A stretch of 63,959 nt of DNA, the filler included, from Folioceros fuciformis (lineage: Eukaryota): assembly GCA_049999805.1 (NCBI GenBank). It is 7 parts of 7 records of this genome, joined end to end, with 100 filler letters (N's around TTAATTAATTAA, not from the genome) between each part and the next. Parts side by side here need not be neighbours in the genome. Positions count along the whole stretch, not along the records: positions 44,587 to 56,382 come from JBNGIO010003121.1; positions 56,483 to 60,278 come from JBNGIO010003138.1; 5 more parts are not named here. One strand, given 5' to 3'. Numbering within the stretch: position 1 is the first letter of the stretch; the number at the start of each line of letters is the position of its first letter. The translations under genes and the position numbers were made by a program. This document shows, piece after piece, positions 45,488 through 59,400 of this stretch. The notes beneath the pieces were generated by a model. The model saw only the letters and a list, made by a program, of their open reading frames with translations, was not told the origin of the DNA and ran no database searches.

Positions 45488-45665
45488 GTGGGACCCACCA
45501 TGGTTGTGGAACCACGATGGTCTTTATGAGACCCACCTTGGTAGTGGAACCATGACGGTCGTTGTGGGACCCACCTCAGTAGTGGAACCATAAGGGTTGT
45601 TGTGGGACCCACCTCGGTAGTGGAACCATGACGGTTGTTGTGGAACATACCTCGGTAGTGGAAGC
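45488..45665. repeat. 38-bp tandem repeat x ~4.7
   Basis: gtgggacccacctcggtagtggaaccatgacggttgtt units start at 45488, 45526, 45564, 45602 and 45640. Confidence 0.88.
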
Positions 45666-47069
45666 CCGACTACGGTCGTGAAGACCACTACCGCGGTTGT
45701 TGAGTAGGGACCGGGCTTGTAGAAGGGCCGTGGTTGTGGAGGCCCCTACCGGTAGTTAAGGGGTCAGTAGTTGTAAAGACCCCTACCTCAGTGGTGGAGT
45801 GAGAACTGGAGCTGTAGAGTAGGGTCTGTGGTAGCTAGGCCAGCTGAGGGGTAGGGGTAGTTAAACCTGTAGGTAGTGGAGCTGGGGTAGTTAAAGTCCG
45901 TCCTAGGTAGTAACTGACTTTTAGAAGAAACCTGTGTGATTTGACACAAATCATTCCCTTGGGATTGAATCCCATGGCTACAATGACATAGAGGGTTTGT
46001 GTGGACCTCACGGTACCCTTGGGTACAATATTTTCCCCCACAACTATGTATTGGCTTTTGTCCACCAAATACTCATGGATTGAGGGTAAATATGTACGGA
46101 ATATGTAAGTGTCGCAGCTTCCAATTGGTATGAAACCAGAGTGGGAAGGGAGTACGATCAATGGCGATTTCTAGAAAGGAGAACGGTGTATTACTTGGTA
46201 CACTGGTATGGGTTATGGGGTCCTTGCCTAGCGTGAGCAGCCCCCATGTACATCATGATCGATGGCAAATATAGCAAGTCTACATTTGTTCTTGCATTGG
46301 ATAATACGATTGAATCGTGGCGGGCGGGAAATAAGCATGCACCTGAGGTGGAAGATCGAACTCCCCCGTGCCCTCCCAGCCTTCATGTAGGCATGACCAT
46401 CTATGACATAACAGATAGTGCTCATCACCTCCCATGAATCGACAGTGAGTTATGAGTTATGACAACAGGCCAAGCCTGCCATCTACCAGCTCAAGGTGGA
46501 GGACACCGAAACAGCAGCAATGTGCGCCGCAATGAGGTTGAGTACTATAAGGGGATGAAGGGGCCCACCACACGGAGGGTTAAGGGTTTGAATTGGCACC
46601 AAGCGAGCGAAGTCATGCTACTTTTAATGCATGGATGGTGTATGATCGCCATAAATGGCTGTGATACCACTCCTTCTTAAACAACATAGGGGAAGCAGAA
46701 TTGCGTACCATGGTTGGGGATTTTGCTCTGCACGGTATAGTGCAGCCTACGCTGACTCCTCGGAGACGTAGATTGTTTTGAAAAGGGGCTGATGATGTCG
46801 ACGGGTTGCCTCCGCCCGGTAAAAGCATGGAGCAAGGCGCTGTGTGCGCGCGGAGCCCCGCCTTGGGCACTCTCGTGACAATGTCTCAGGTGAGTCAGCG
46901 ATGCCTACTGGCACACCCGTTTGCGCTGTGATTATGGCACATGCAGCAGGTACAGAATCTTTGTTGAAGCCTGGCTGCAATGCAGGTGGAGACCGCAGAT
47001 GACCGCCCTCACGTGGGATTCAAGAAATGGGAGAGGAGGCAATCCCTATCCATGGCTACCTTGAGTAGA

Positions 47070-48060
47070 GGGTTGCGTTTTGGGTAAGCTTGTTGGTGAG
47101 GCGAGCGTGATGCTGGATGAAAGGGACGCCTGTTTGTTGTGGGAACTAAGCTTACAGTGGGGCTGATGGCTTCTAATTGTGCAAAGGGTGACTTCCTCCA
47201 CGGCTCGCCTTCCTTCACGATCAGGACATAGCGATGTGGCAGACGATTGGGAAATGATGTGCCAGTGGGAGTACATTGTAGGGTGGCCAACGGTTCCAAC
47301 AAACTACTGGGAATTATCTGAGTTCCTCGCCTTCTTAGAAGACCATGAGCACCAGTGCTTGCAAATGGATGGCTTTCTGCAAAAAGTGCCCATACTCTAC
47401 GAGCTGCATAGTAGGGGGACAGACGGTGTGGAGTGGATGTGAACAAACTACTGCGACAAAGCATGCCGATTGGTGGAATGTCATGTCTTCATGCATCAAG
47501 TTTTCGACACTTGGGCGCCGGGTGACTACACGGTGTATGTAGGGAGGATGCGGCCACAATCAATCCATGACCTGAGAGTGTGGTTTGTGCAGTTGCATGC
47601 ATCTGGAGCGACATCCAAGGTTGGAAGGTGGCCAAAAAGGTATTATGCATTGCTCGATCGTGTTTGTCTAGGCAAACTGCAGTGGAACAGACGAGCAGTG
47701 ACATTGTTTGATGAGCTAAACATACAAACCAAAAAGCATGTTTTAAACTTCATATCTAGCCTTCATGAGGAGGTAGCGACCTCCCATGATATTGGGGGGT
47801 AGAGGATAGGGGCTAGCATGCAGGAACTTAGTGTCTACAATTGGCTCTTGCAGCGATGTTGTGGTGTGTCTTGCATTCTAGACCCCGCGAGGGAGCTGTA
47901 CATAAAGTGTTGTTGGAACCCTAAACTAGTGAACGATCTGTGGTATGTTTAGTCTGCGAGGCTGTCACGGCATGTGGTGACGCGTGCACGTCAATGTCCA
48001 TCGTGTAAAACGCTTCTTTATCAAAGAAATTCGAATGAGGCTTCGCTATTGCAATGGCAA
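47070..48060 (+). pseudogene. Unidentified decayed ORF upstream of the DDE transposase
   Basis: ORFs 47179-47442 and 47470-47802 are in one frame, continue through stops to RQCPSCKTLL...WQ and end at a GT donor at 48061. Confidence 0.4.
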
Positions 48061-48959
48061 GTATGGATGTATTGGCTTGCTAGTGAGTCTTAGGATGTCC
48101 TTATTGACCTAATTAGCCACCTCGTACCCGCGCAGCTATGTCACGTGTACTTGTAATTCCTCGTCGGGTACATGCAGTAATTGGCACGGTAGCTTGGTAG
48201 AGGTGTGTTGACGAACACCTGAGGCTGTTGCTGGGCCATATGGAATTTGCAACCAGTGGGTGCATATTCGAGTACCATTTTGCAGTGTATGAGGGGGGCC
48301 ATGTTGGGTGGTGGAAAGTGTAGTGGGAGTGATGGTGGACTGCATAGCAGCCTGCACGTACGATGCAGCCCACAAAAATGTGTCCCAATCGCATAAGAAG
48401 CTTGTGGCATGCACATTGCACGAATCCAATTCTCAGACATCGGTAGCAAATCATCAGAAGTGCGGCATGCCTTCAAGGTGTGACTTGGATGTAATCTGCA
48501 TTGTTCGTCGGTGTAGGTAGGGCAATTGACGCGATCACCACGTGTTATGTGGAAGACAAGACCGGGAGCACAGATGCATCTGTCTGCGACATGTGCCTAT
48601 GGAACACGCTGTTCAAACTATGGGCGCGAATGCTGCCAGAGAGAGTTCGGGTGATAGGTTGGGAGCCCGTTCGTGCACGGACGGAATGAAGTAGAGGGTG
48701 CTGACCCTGGTTGTGACAGTGCTGAGCAATGATTGAGGGCCATTTGTGCAAAGAGGAAGGGATGGGTGCCCCTAGTGTGGTCTGCACGTTGGTCATAGGT
48801 GTGCTCAGTGGCACTGGTCAGCTTGTATAGGGGGGACATTCTGTGGATTGCGATGGACATGGCCTTGGGGGCGCATGGGTTATTGCCCAACAAGGAGGAA
48901 GGCTGGCTAGGGGCCATGCATGCCCCAGTCGACACAGCAAGGGAACCAATTGCCGAGAA

Positions 48960-50600
48960 CCATGTTGGACGCTTTCGGCTGCACATGGTGGATGGGCCTA
49001 CAGATGGTGGACGGGCAGGGGGTAGAGGCAACACCGTGGCAAGGGCAAAGGCAGTTGGGGCTGTCGGTCCTGAGGAGGATGAAGTGGTCCACGAGCAGGA
49101 GGAGGGAGGCGACCGACAGCGGATGGTGAGGACGACCTTGGAATGGACTGGGCTGAGCCGGCAAGGCCTGTACGAGATGGTAGTGCAGCATTTGCAAGGA
49201 GGACAACCGCTGAAGGAGCTGGTGCCGTAGTTGGGTTGCAATATGCACATGGTTAGGATGCTGCTAAATGGACATCCCGTGTGGAGGGGGGTGTATGGCA
49301 GGTTGTCCATGGAGGAGGTGTGGACGGTTATTGTAACACACACTCCAATACGGCGGCGCGGTGTGAATGCAGGGATTCGATTTGTGTAGGCTCAGCTGGA
49401 GCTGGATGCAATTGAGATACCAAGGAGGTAGGTAGCAGAGGCGTTGCGCTTCATGGAACCAGAGACTATGGCGCAGAGGTCAACTATTCGCATACGCTGT
49501 GTGCAATACAACAACGTCACACCCATGTTCATGTGGCATATGGATTGTGCATATGCAATGGGTAGCGGGTGGAATGTTGTGGTTGTTATGTTGGTTGCAG
49601 TGCATGCGGATGTGTCCTGAGGGGTTAAGGCATGGGCTCGTGTGCTTGAATAGTAGTTGGCGTAGATGCTAACGCTGTACAGGGCATTGGGGATGTTTGC
49701 ATCTTACAACAAATTGTACCAATTCTACTTTCGCATGCACAGAGTGATCGATGGAGCCATGCATTAGATTCCGTGGCTAGTTCTGGAAGACAACAAGAGA
49801 GGCTCCACAATTTACAATGCATATGTGGATAAAGTGCGGAAATTTGGGCACCCACAGCGAATACGCTCTGACTATGCAGTAGAGCACAACCTCATAGAGG
49901 CTGACATGAACTGTGCACGACCCAGGGCCCAAGGCAACAACTTCATCCGAGGCCCTTTGGTTCACAATCACGTGAGTGCAACCCTTTCCATGTGTATGGC
50001 GTTGTGGGAACGAAGAACGGTGCTGGTTTGCAACATAGTAGCTTCCTGTTTTCATAGCCCTGTCATGAAATTGGTGTATACCCTCCTCTACAAGAGAAAA
50101 ACATTAATGCAGTCGTGATGACAGCGGATTGAGCACTTTTGGCGAGCTTTGGGGGAGAAATGGGCATTCCTGTATAAGGGGTACCGGGTGGACTTGGTAA
50201 GGAGCAACAAATTGGATATAACAAATCATTCATTCCTTGCATGCTACGTTCATGCCCACCATGAGAGGTGAGCTAGAACGATGGAGGCAAGTGTGGAATC
50301 GGCATCGAGTACGGTGTATGAGGGGCCCGAATTAGGACATCCCATGGCATGTCCCTGCAATTGCTTTCCAAGAGGAAGAGCGACTGCAGGGGTTGGTGCA
50401 GCCACCTATGTATGGTGCAGTGGATGATGATGGAGAGGAGTACGATGCCAGGGGCCCACAATACGCGTAGAATGTGGCTCCAGAGATGCCCCCGTTGAGT
50501 AGGAATTAGCTTCTGGATGGGGTGAGCTTCTGTAGTTATGTAGGCGTGGCTGCAAGCTTTTGCTATTGACCCGTAATTGACTTGTGCATGACTGTGCAAT
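48960..50600 (+). mobile_element. Decayed intron-containing rve/IS3-like DDE transposase (IS3EU-like)
   Basis: HTH-like region, then NAGIRFV*AQL..RR*VAEALRFMEP..YNNVTPMFMWHMD | YNKLYQFYFRMHRVIDGA..FGHPQRIRSDYAVEH..GPLVHNH | RIEHFWR..WNRHRVR. Catalytic-type D at 49543, D at 49870 and E at 50131. Intron 49972-50124 is GT-AG. Confidence 0.78.
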
Positions 50601-51032
50601 GGATGCCTGTTACTGCATTGTCCTTGGAGGTTGAGCTACAATAGTGGAGGAGATGGCAAATGTACATTTCCTTGTGCATGCAGTGTAGTTGAATAGGGGA
50701 AATTCATGTGACTGTGGCAAGAGATTGGAGACCTAAATCTTGTAGCTATTACATGTGGCTGGGAAAAGTGGTTGCAGCTTGCATTTCATGATGGTTCTTG
50801 GTAATTGTAGGGGGTGCTTGCAAACGCAACTTGCAGTTCCACATTCCATGTGGACATGGCCAAGCAACGAGTAGTTGGAGAGATTGCTTCGTAAACAAAG
50901 TTGCACTGGCAATTTGTGGTGTAGCATTGTGGGTGCAGTTTAAGTGTAGTGATTGTAACTATAGACGTACAGTGCATTTTGTGGCTACAGTGGGTAGAGT
51001 TGTCGTTGTTGCATGCAGGGTGTGTTGCAAGT

Positions 51033-54000
51033 TGTTAATGAAATAGTTAATTCACCTAAAGTTAGGTTGACTAAGTGTTTGTGGTTTTATGAACAGTTAT
51101 AACCACCTACACAAACTTTGCATATATCTTTGGATTTCCCATGAAACTAATAACCGCTTTTATTCTTCCTTCATGTGTAAGCTAGCACTGACGCTCTCTC
51201 ACCCTCTTGTGCCCCTCGTGATCCACAATAACATTATGGTATCAGAGCACTGGTGATCGAAGCACGAGTGCAGATGCGCTGTCTTACAAGATGCCGAAGA
51301 GAGGGCCCGTAGCATGCGCGCCACGAAGGAGGGTGTTTGTAGAAGGGGAACAAATCCCCGTGACAAGGAGAACCTTTGTGTGTCCAAGTTGTTGGGAAGA
51401 CGATCAATCTCCTATCCCAACATCCAAACACACTATTTCACCTACTTCCTTCAGGCGCAGTGTCAGCCCTGCTTCCAAAACCGGCAAAGCCCCCTTGGTA
51501 AGACCGTCAACACCAAGTGCACATCGGAGGCGTGGACAGACCAAGCAAGAGAAGGTGAGTGAAGTTCTTGCTTCGCGTGCTCGCATCCGAGAGTTGCAGG
51601 ATGTTCTGGACAGTCTTATGCTCGACATTAAATAGTTACATCTGACCTGCGAGAGCCACCTCTGCGCCAGGCGTTCCCATGTATCTTCCCTCCTAACCAC
51701 TCGTCGCCAGTCGGCGGCAGATTACTGACAACTTGTTTAGTTTTGATGTCATGCCGCCTAGGAGACAGCTGGCGGCTCCATCTGACGATGATTTTGATCT
51801 TGATGCTGGTGGCATAGTGCATCCTGACGAGGAGGAGGCACCCTACCTGACAGGCGACAAAGGCGCTTATCAACAGCCCTTTTTTCAGCCACCGCCTGTA
51901 GAGCGTACACCTTTCAATTTCAATTTTGGCCTGAGTCGAGATCAAGCTGGTGGCGCTCGGGAGGGGAGACCATGGGAAGCATTTGGCTTATACAATTCCC
52001 GGAGGCAACACCCTGGAGACGAGTTAGAAGATCAGCCTGCGCAACAGACTTGCAAAGACCCCCCCATCTCGGCTGGAACAGCTCATACGACATCTGCCAC
52101 CACAACTGCTAGCACTGTCGCTTCCTCAACAACAACCACAGCCAGCCCAACGGGGGCATCCACATCAACCATGGCGGCACTTCCTCAACCAGCCCTGAAG
52201 ATTGAATTCAGGGACAAAGATCGTTTCAATGGGAACGACTACAACACATGGTCACTAAGGTTGACACAAATATTTGAGGAAAATGAGCTATGTCCGTGAT
52301 GGATGGGAGTGTGAGATGCCCTGTTGCAACAGCAACCAATGCTTTTGACGTACTCGACTAGAAACGAAAGGGCAGGAGAGCACGTTCTATTCTCATTGCC
52401 TCACTGGACAGAAATATGATGCCTCACACTCTTGGTGCTGACACCTCTGTAGCTGTGTGGCACAATTTTTCCCAGATTTACAAGGATAAGAGCAATGCTT
52501 CCCAAGTCTTTGCACACAGGGACTTTTATGGCATGAGAATGAAGGATAGTGACTCTGTCGAGTCCTACATCAATCGTTTCAGAACTGCACGTGCAAATTT
52601 GGCATATTGTGGTACTATTCTTATGAAGAACAAGCAGGAACGTGTCTATTGGCTTCTTTACCCCCAAGCTACAGTTTGATTGGAGCTCTTTTAGCAGAGG
52701 AACGCACCAAGGGTTTCCACAAAGGAGTCAAAGGGGAATCACAGCAGCACTCCAAAGTTTTTTTTTTGGTCGAGGCAGAGGGAGTTTTCAAGGACGTGGT
52801 TGTGGTGGACAAGGGCGTGGAGGCTACCCCATAGCTAAGCAACCAAACTTGCAAAGGAAAATCTTCACTTGTCATTGGTGTAAGATTCCTGGTCACTTTG
52901 AGAAAGACTGTCGGAAAAAGCGTGCTGGGGAGCCTCGTAAGGAAGAGACTTCTCATGAGTCAAACATGACCACATCGAAGTCTCCAACCAGTTGTCTAGC
53001 AGTTTTAGCAGTTTGTCTATCTTCTGTGCAAATTCAGGCTGATATGTGGTTTTTGGACTCTGGTGCCACAAATCACATTTGCTATGATAAGAGAGCTTTT
53101 AGCAACTTTGCCTCTACTCCTAACAGTCTACAATTTGTTTTGCTAGGGGACGACAGTGGTCTGGCCATCAAAGGTTCGGGTTAGTCACCATCAAGTTGCC
53201 TAATTCTAAGGTCATACCCTTGTCAGGTGTGCTTCATGTTCCATCCATGACCAAGAACCTCATGTTGGTCATGAAGTTAGCAGAAGAGCACTCTTGTCGT
53301 ATCTGCTTTGATCACATGGGCTGCTTCATATCTCGCATACCTGGTTGGGATGACATTTTTTCAGGCACTCCCTTTAATGATCTGTACCTTTTAAATGTGA
53401 GAACTGTACAACACCAACCGACTGTCCATATTAGTCAGTCTCCTTTTTTATCTCCAACGCAACTGTGGCACTATCGCCTTGGCCATGTCAACTTCCAGAG
53501 GCTTTCAACTTTAGTTAACAACACTGTTTTTCGTGATCAGTTGTCTTTTCCCTTTGATAGGCAAGCCTTTTGTGACTCCTGCCATGTTAGCAAGGCTATT
53601 TCCCAGTCCTTCCGAGATCAGAACCTGTCACAAGCCACTTCCCTGTTACATACAGTCCATAGTGATTTATGTGGTCCAATGTCCATAGCATCTTTTGGAG
53701 GTGCCCTTTACTTTCTTACCTTCATCAATGAATGGAGTCGTTATTGTTCAGTCTATGTGCTGCATAGCAATAGTGACACCTTCACTTGTTTTCAAGACTA
53801 TGTGGCCATGGCACAGCAACAAACAGGGTGCAAGCTTAAGATATTTCGATCCAACAATGGAGAGGAGTACATCAGTCATGCCTTCTCCAATTTTTGCTTG
53901 ACGAAGGGAGTTATTCATCAATTCACGGTTCCTTATACCCCTGCTCAGAATTCCTTTGCTGAATGCAAGAATAGGACACTCCAGGAAGCCACTCTTTCTA

Positions 54001-55251
54001 GCTTATCTTTTGCTGGTTTGACTCGTGGATATTGGGCAGAGGCATTAGTGGCCGCCAACTATGTATAGAATCGGCTTCCCACTAAGTAACTTGGTCTCAT
54101 CACACATTACGAAAGGTGGACAGGCAAGAAACCCTGTATCACTCATTTGCGGATTTTAGAAGTCCTGCATATGCCTTGGTTCCCTCCCAATTGCGAAACA
54201 AACTAGATCCCAAGGCAGTTCGACGCATATTTGTGGGTTATGCAAAAGATGTGAAGGGTTACAAGCTCTTTGACCTGAGTACCATCAGCTTTCCTATTCC
54301 CGTAGTGTCATTTTTCATGAGCATGCCTTGTTACGACGTCATGATATCTTGCTTTCCCCCTCTTCTATCCTGCCACCTGCCACCATACAAGGTGTTGATG
54401 ATGAGCTCGATTTTGCCACTGACAAGGTCACTGATGTTGCTATCTTTGATTTTGATGATCTCACTGTAGGCGCTACTACTTCAGCTTCACGGGGGCAAAA
54501 CATACAGTCATCCTCCAGTAGCGGTCACATAGATGTCACCCACATTTCAGATGAGTTACCTATACCTTGTTCTCCTAGTTCTCTTGCTGATCCTGTGACT
54601 GTTGTTGAACCTATAGCAGTAGACCCTCCAGTCGATTTTATGGTAGATTTACCTCCTACTGTTGCTGAGACCGATCCTCCTACCTCTGCCGATGATCAGC
54701 CAACTTCACCAGTCTTTTGTAGGTCTTCTTGTCATTATCCCCCAAGGCATGAATGGAAAGAACCCCCTTTTGTAGTAGGCATAGCTTCCACACCTCCTAA
54801 ACCCAACTTCAACACTCATGAGCCTTTGACCTACCTAGAAGCCATTACTGGTCTAGAGGCAGAATTCTAGAAGGAGTCCATTCAGTCTGAATATGACTCA
54901 CTCATAACTAATGGCACTTGGAAGCTGGTTGACTTGTCTGAAGGTGGGAAGCCAGTTTCTTGCAAGTGGGTTTTCAAGAAGAAACTCAACACAGATGGAA
55001 GTGTGGGTCGTTACAAATCCAGACTTGTGGCAAAGGGTTACAGTTAGGTTGCTGGCCTAGACTATAATGAAACGTTTGCTCCTGTGGTTAAATCCACTTC
55101 TGTTAGGATATTGTTATCTCTGGCTGCTCATTATGGTTTGCATGTCCACCAACTTGATGTAAAAACTGCATTCCTTCATGGTACTTTAGAAGAGGAAATC
55201 TATATGCAGCAGCTCGAAGGATTTGTCATTGATGAGGAGAAAGTATGCTTG
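51033..55251 (+). mobile_element. Ty1/copia element D (5' LTR 51033-51233, PBS 51237-51248), interrupted in RT
   Basis: TGTTA...TAACA LTR and TGGTATCAGAGC PBS. Gag KIEFRDKDRFNG, CHWCKIPGHFEKDC knuckle, WFLDSGATNH, integrase ORF 53196-54068, and RT up to EEKVCL. Confidence 0.92.
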
Positions 55252-56382
55252 TGTGGACGCAAAACCCCGGGCACTGATTGCCAACGGGTTCCACCTTTAG
55301 TGGCCACACTTATCCCACGGTCGTTGAGACATTGGGTTTCGTTCCCACGAAGGAGCGATGGGGTTCCTTGCTGCTGTGGATGGAGGGTCGGACTTGATCA
55401 ACTCGATGATGGATTCGAGGGCTCCCCTCCAGCTCCGATCAGGCGTAGGACAGGCCTCGCTGTCCGGCGGTCAGCTGCACCTCTCTCAGTGCCCACAAAC
55501 TCACTCCAGTCACTACAACGACTCTAACCTCTCAGATCTGCGTCTTCCCTCACACACTTCACTCACTCTCTCACTCCAGCACCAACACCAGCAACTACCA
55601 GCAACCAGCAACGACACCACTACCTTCTACACTTCCCTACTGACTCCTCCTATCCGGCAAGAGTCACTAGACTAACTCCAAACAAAAGGACGAAGGGAAC
55701 ACACTCCTCTCTTGGGTATCTCCTCCCCACAACCTTACCAGACGCCATGAGACATGGCCGGCCTACAACACTTGACCAGGCAAGAAACAAGAGTGGACAG
55801 GTCGAGAGAAAGACACACCCTTTACAATGAAGAGCTAGGGGCAAGCCCCTTCACCCTGGTCATTACACCTTGTGATCCTACCAGACACTATACAACCGGC
55901 AACACGTTGCCCTCGATCCTACCAGACGCTGTACAGCCGGCAACACGCTACCTGCGATCCTACAAGACACTGTACAGCCGGCAACACACGGCTTGCGATC
56001 CTACCAGACGTTGCACAGCCGGCAACACACTGCAGGTCCTAAACCAAGCAGGGGCAGACCACAAGAGCTCATGGAGAGAGGACCTCCAAGAGCTCACAAA
56101 GAGATAGACTGACTCCCAAAGTGAATGACTCCCTCCTCCTACAGGCTCACCTGATCTTATAGGAGCCTCTCTCTCTCTCTCTGACTTCATCTCTCTCTAA
56201 CTTGAGAAATATTATTTTAATAGCATAGCCGGCTGTCACCAGCCACTTATTTAGACTTCTAGCACAACCTGCCACCAATGAGCTGGCCCTACCACCACAA
56301 GGATCTACCACCTCTTAGACTATCCTGAGACTTCAGAGGATGTCTGATCTTGAAAGATCTGGGGACGCCGCCTCTTCCTTGC
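55252..56382. mobile_element. Insertion interrupting the copia D RT; probable LTR of another retrotransposon
   Basis: RT homology stops abruptly at a TG-starting non-coding sequence (tgtggacgcaaaacccc) that runs to the contig end. Confidence 0.6.
55874..56035. repeat. 41-bp tandem repeat x4
   Basis: gatcctaccagacrctgtacagccggcaacac... starts at 55874, 55915, 55956 and 55997. Confidence 0.9.
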
Positions 56383-56482
56383 NNNNNNNNNNNNNNNNNN
56401 NNNNNNNNNNNNNNNNNNNNNNNNNNTTAATTAATTAANNNNNNNNNNNNNNNNNNNNNNNNNNNNNNNNNNNNNNNNNNNN
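56383..56482. other. Artificial contig spacer
   Basis: N44-TTAATTAATTAA-N44. Confidence 0.98.
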
Positions 56483-59400
56483 AAAGCAAGCTGGTATTCC
56501 TCGCAAGGAGGGTTCAACCAGTGCTGAAACTCATGTGGTTGTGAAGAAACAACCAACCCCTTCAGCCCTCATAGTAGGTACAATTGTGTTTGCAACAAGT
56601 TCATTCTTGTATCCTGCCAGCCTGTCAGCAAACACAAAAGCAAGGCCAGTGTCAGATTGGTATCTTGACACAGGGGCTACAGCCCACATCTGCTTTGATA
56701 AAGGGTCATTCCAAACGTACAAAACATATAAGGATCAGTATGTGTACCTAGGTGATGATAGATCCCTAGTGTCTCCTAGTCGTGGAACCATAGACTTGTC
56801 AGTTCCATCAGGGCACTTGTTAACACTGTATGATGTTTACTATGTCCCTGACATGACTCGGAATTTGATTTCAGTCAGAAAACTCAATGCTGACAATCAC
56901 TGTCACATTTTATTTACACATACAGAATGTCAAGTATTGGATGCTTTCAATCATAATAAAGTACTTGCCTATGGGTCTTCAGACAGAGATTTGTTTCTTC
57001 TTCACACAGACAGTATTGTACCAACTTCAAATTTAACACATGATGCCAGTGCTGTATCTACATAACAAATAGAAAAGGTTAAGTTGTGGCATAAGAGATT
57101 AGGTCACCCACATTCAGCAAAACTTCAGAAACTTGCTGTAAGTGATTTTTACCAGGATGGTCCTATTGGGCAATTGGCATCTCTTCCCTTGTGTGAGTCT
57201 TGTGTTATTTCTAAAAGGCATCAAGCAGCCTTTAGAAATAAAGCTCCACATAGAGCCTCTGAGGTTCTAGAACTAGTACACACTGATCTGTGTGGACCTC
57301 TATCTCAAGAATCCATAGGAGGTGGCAGATACTTCCTAACCTTCACTGATGATAAGACTAGGTTTGTCACCACCTACATATTGAAACAGAAAAGTGAGTG
57401 TTTCAGTCACTTCAGAAACTACATCAAGTATGCTGAAAGATGGAGTGGAAAACAACTCAAAACATTACGATCAGACAACGGGGGAGAGTTTACCTCCCAT
57501 GAATTCCAGGCATACTGTACAGCTGAGGGAATTGGTCGCCAGCTGACAGTGGTTTACACACCTCGGCAAAATGGTGTTGCTGAGCGTCTTAACCTTACTC
57601 TGCAAGAAATGACATCTTCCTTATTACATCAAGCGCAGCTTCCATTGCCATACTGGGCAGAAGCTATAATTACTGCAACTTACCTTAAAAACAGGTTGCC
57701 AACTACTTCTGTCGTAGGCCAGACACCTTTTGAACACTTCACAAGGCGTAAGCCTTCTATTCTTTACTTGCGCACATTTGGATGTGTAGCATACGCTTTT
57801 ATACCTAAAGAGAAAAGGAAAAAGCTGTCAGACAAGGCCAGAAAGCTACTTATGCTAGGCTACACAGAAGGAATTAAAGCTTATAAACTCTATGATGTAC
57901 CTAAGAACAAAGTCATTTATGCAAGAAGTGTTACCTTTAATGAAGACCTTAATTGGGTATCAGTGGGAGCTGTTCAGAATGAGGACGTTGATCCCACTGT
58001 TGATGATGCTTCCTTTGATCAATCTGATCACAGTACTCAACTTGTTCCAATGGAGGACATTGCTCCTGCACATGGGGAAGATCCAGCAGCTGGTTTTGAG
58101 CTCCTTGATGTTGAGGACATATCAGCTGTAGAACCTGCACGTTTCGATACTGAACATCCTACTGAGCAGCTGGATTTACAGGAGCAATATCCTCCTGAAC
58201 CCGTTGTACAAGACAATGTTAATCCAGTTGATCCTGTTGAGCAAGCTGATCATGAGCATGTACCTGACCTTCAGCAAGATCATCCAGTCTTATCTGCAGA
58301 ACCAGTCCGGCGGTATCCAACTCGTCATAGGCAGCCTCCAGACTTTTACCAAGCTCCAGACTTCAGGAATCCTTCTTCTTATGTGGCAGTTTATGCTGAT
58401 AATTTTTCACTTGATCCCATTGAACCTCAGTCCTATGAGGAGGCACTTAGTTGACCTGATCATAAAGAGTGGGAGAAGGCTATTCAATCAGAATATAACT
58501 CACTGATGGAAAATGGAACATGGGAGCTTACAGACTTACCTCCAGGCAGAAAGATGGTGACTTGTAAGTGGGTCTTCAAGTTGAAAGTAAAAGCAGATGG
58601 TACCTTTGATAGGTACAAAGCCCGTTTGGTAGCAAGGGGCTTTACCCAAATTCCTGGATTGGATTATCTTGAAACTTTTTCTCTAGTGGTCAAGCTTTCA
58701 ACTCTCAGAATTATCCTGGCCATATCAACACACTTTGATTATGAGCTGTAGATGTATGATGTGAAAACAGCTTTTTCTGTATGGAAAGTTAGACGTTGAA
58801 ATCTACATGCAGTAGCCACCAGGGTATGTGGTTAAAGGAAAGGAGCATCAAGCATGCAGACTAGTCAAATGCTTATACGGCTTGAAAGAGTCAGCCATGA
58901 AGTGGAATGCAGCCCTAGAAACATAATTGCTAGAGCTAGGTTTCACAAAGAGCCAAGCAGATAGTAGTTTATACATTTACCTCAAAGGGAATGTCATATG
59001 TTACTTGGCAGTCTACGTGGATGACCTGATTTTGTCAAGCAATAGTCAGGTCTTCATTACACGTATAACAGATGTGTTAGCAACCAAATTCAGAATGAAT
59101 TGCCTAGGACCTTTACAGAGCTGTCTAGGAATTCATGTACAGAGAAACAGGCAAACTCAAGTCATGACATTGACGCAACCTCGTTACCTCTTAGACTGTG
59201 CTGAGCAGTTGGGTCTTAAGGATGCAAAACCTGTTTCTACACCCATGCCGTTTGGTCAGAAACTCAGCAAGCTGATGTCACCTTCAACTCAAGAAGACAA
59301 GGAGCAAATGAAAGGAATACCTTACAGGCAGGGAGTAGGCAAGCTGATATATGCAAGTAATACCACAAAACTGGAAGTTGCATATACTACCAGCGTGCTT

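Noticed and set aside
50798-51030. PHD-finger-like peptide (CKRNLQFHIPC...FKCSDC)
   Set aside because: The Cys pattern is incomplete, and the TG-rich decayed DNA inflates Cys/Trp codons.
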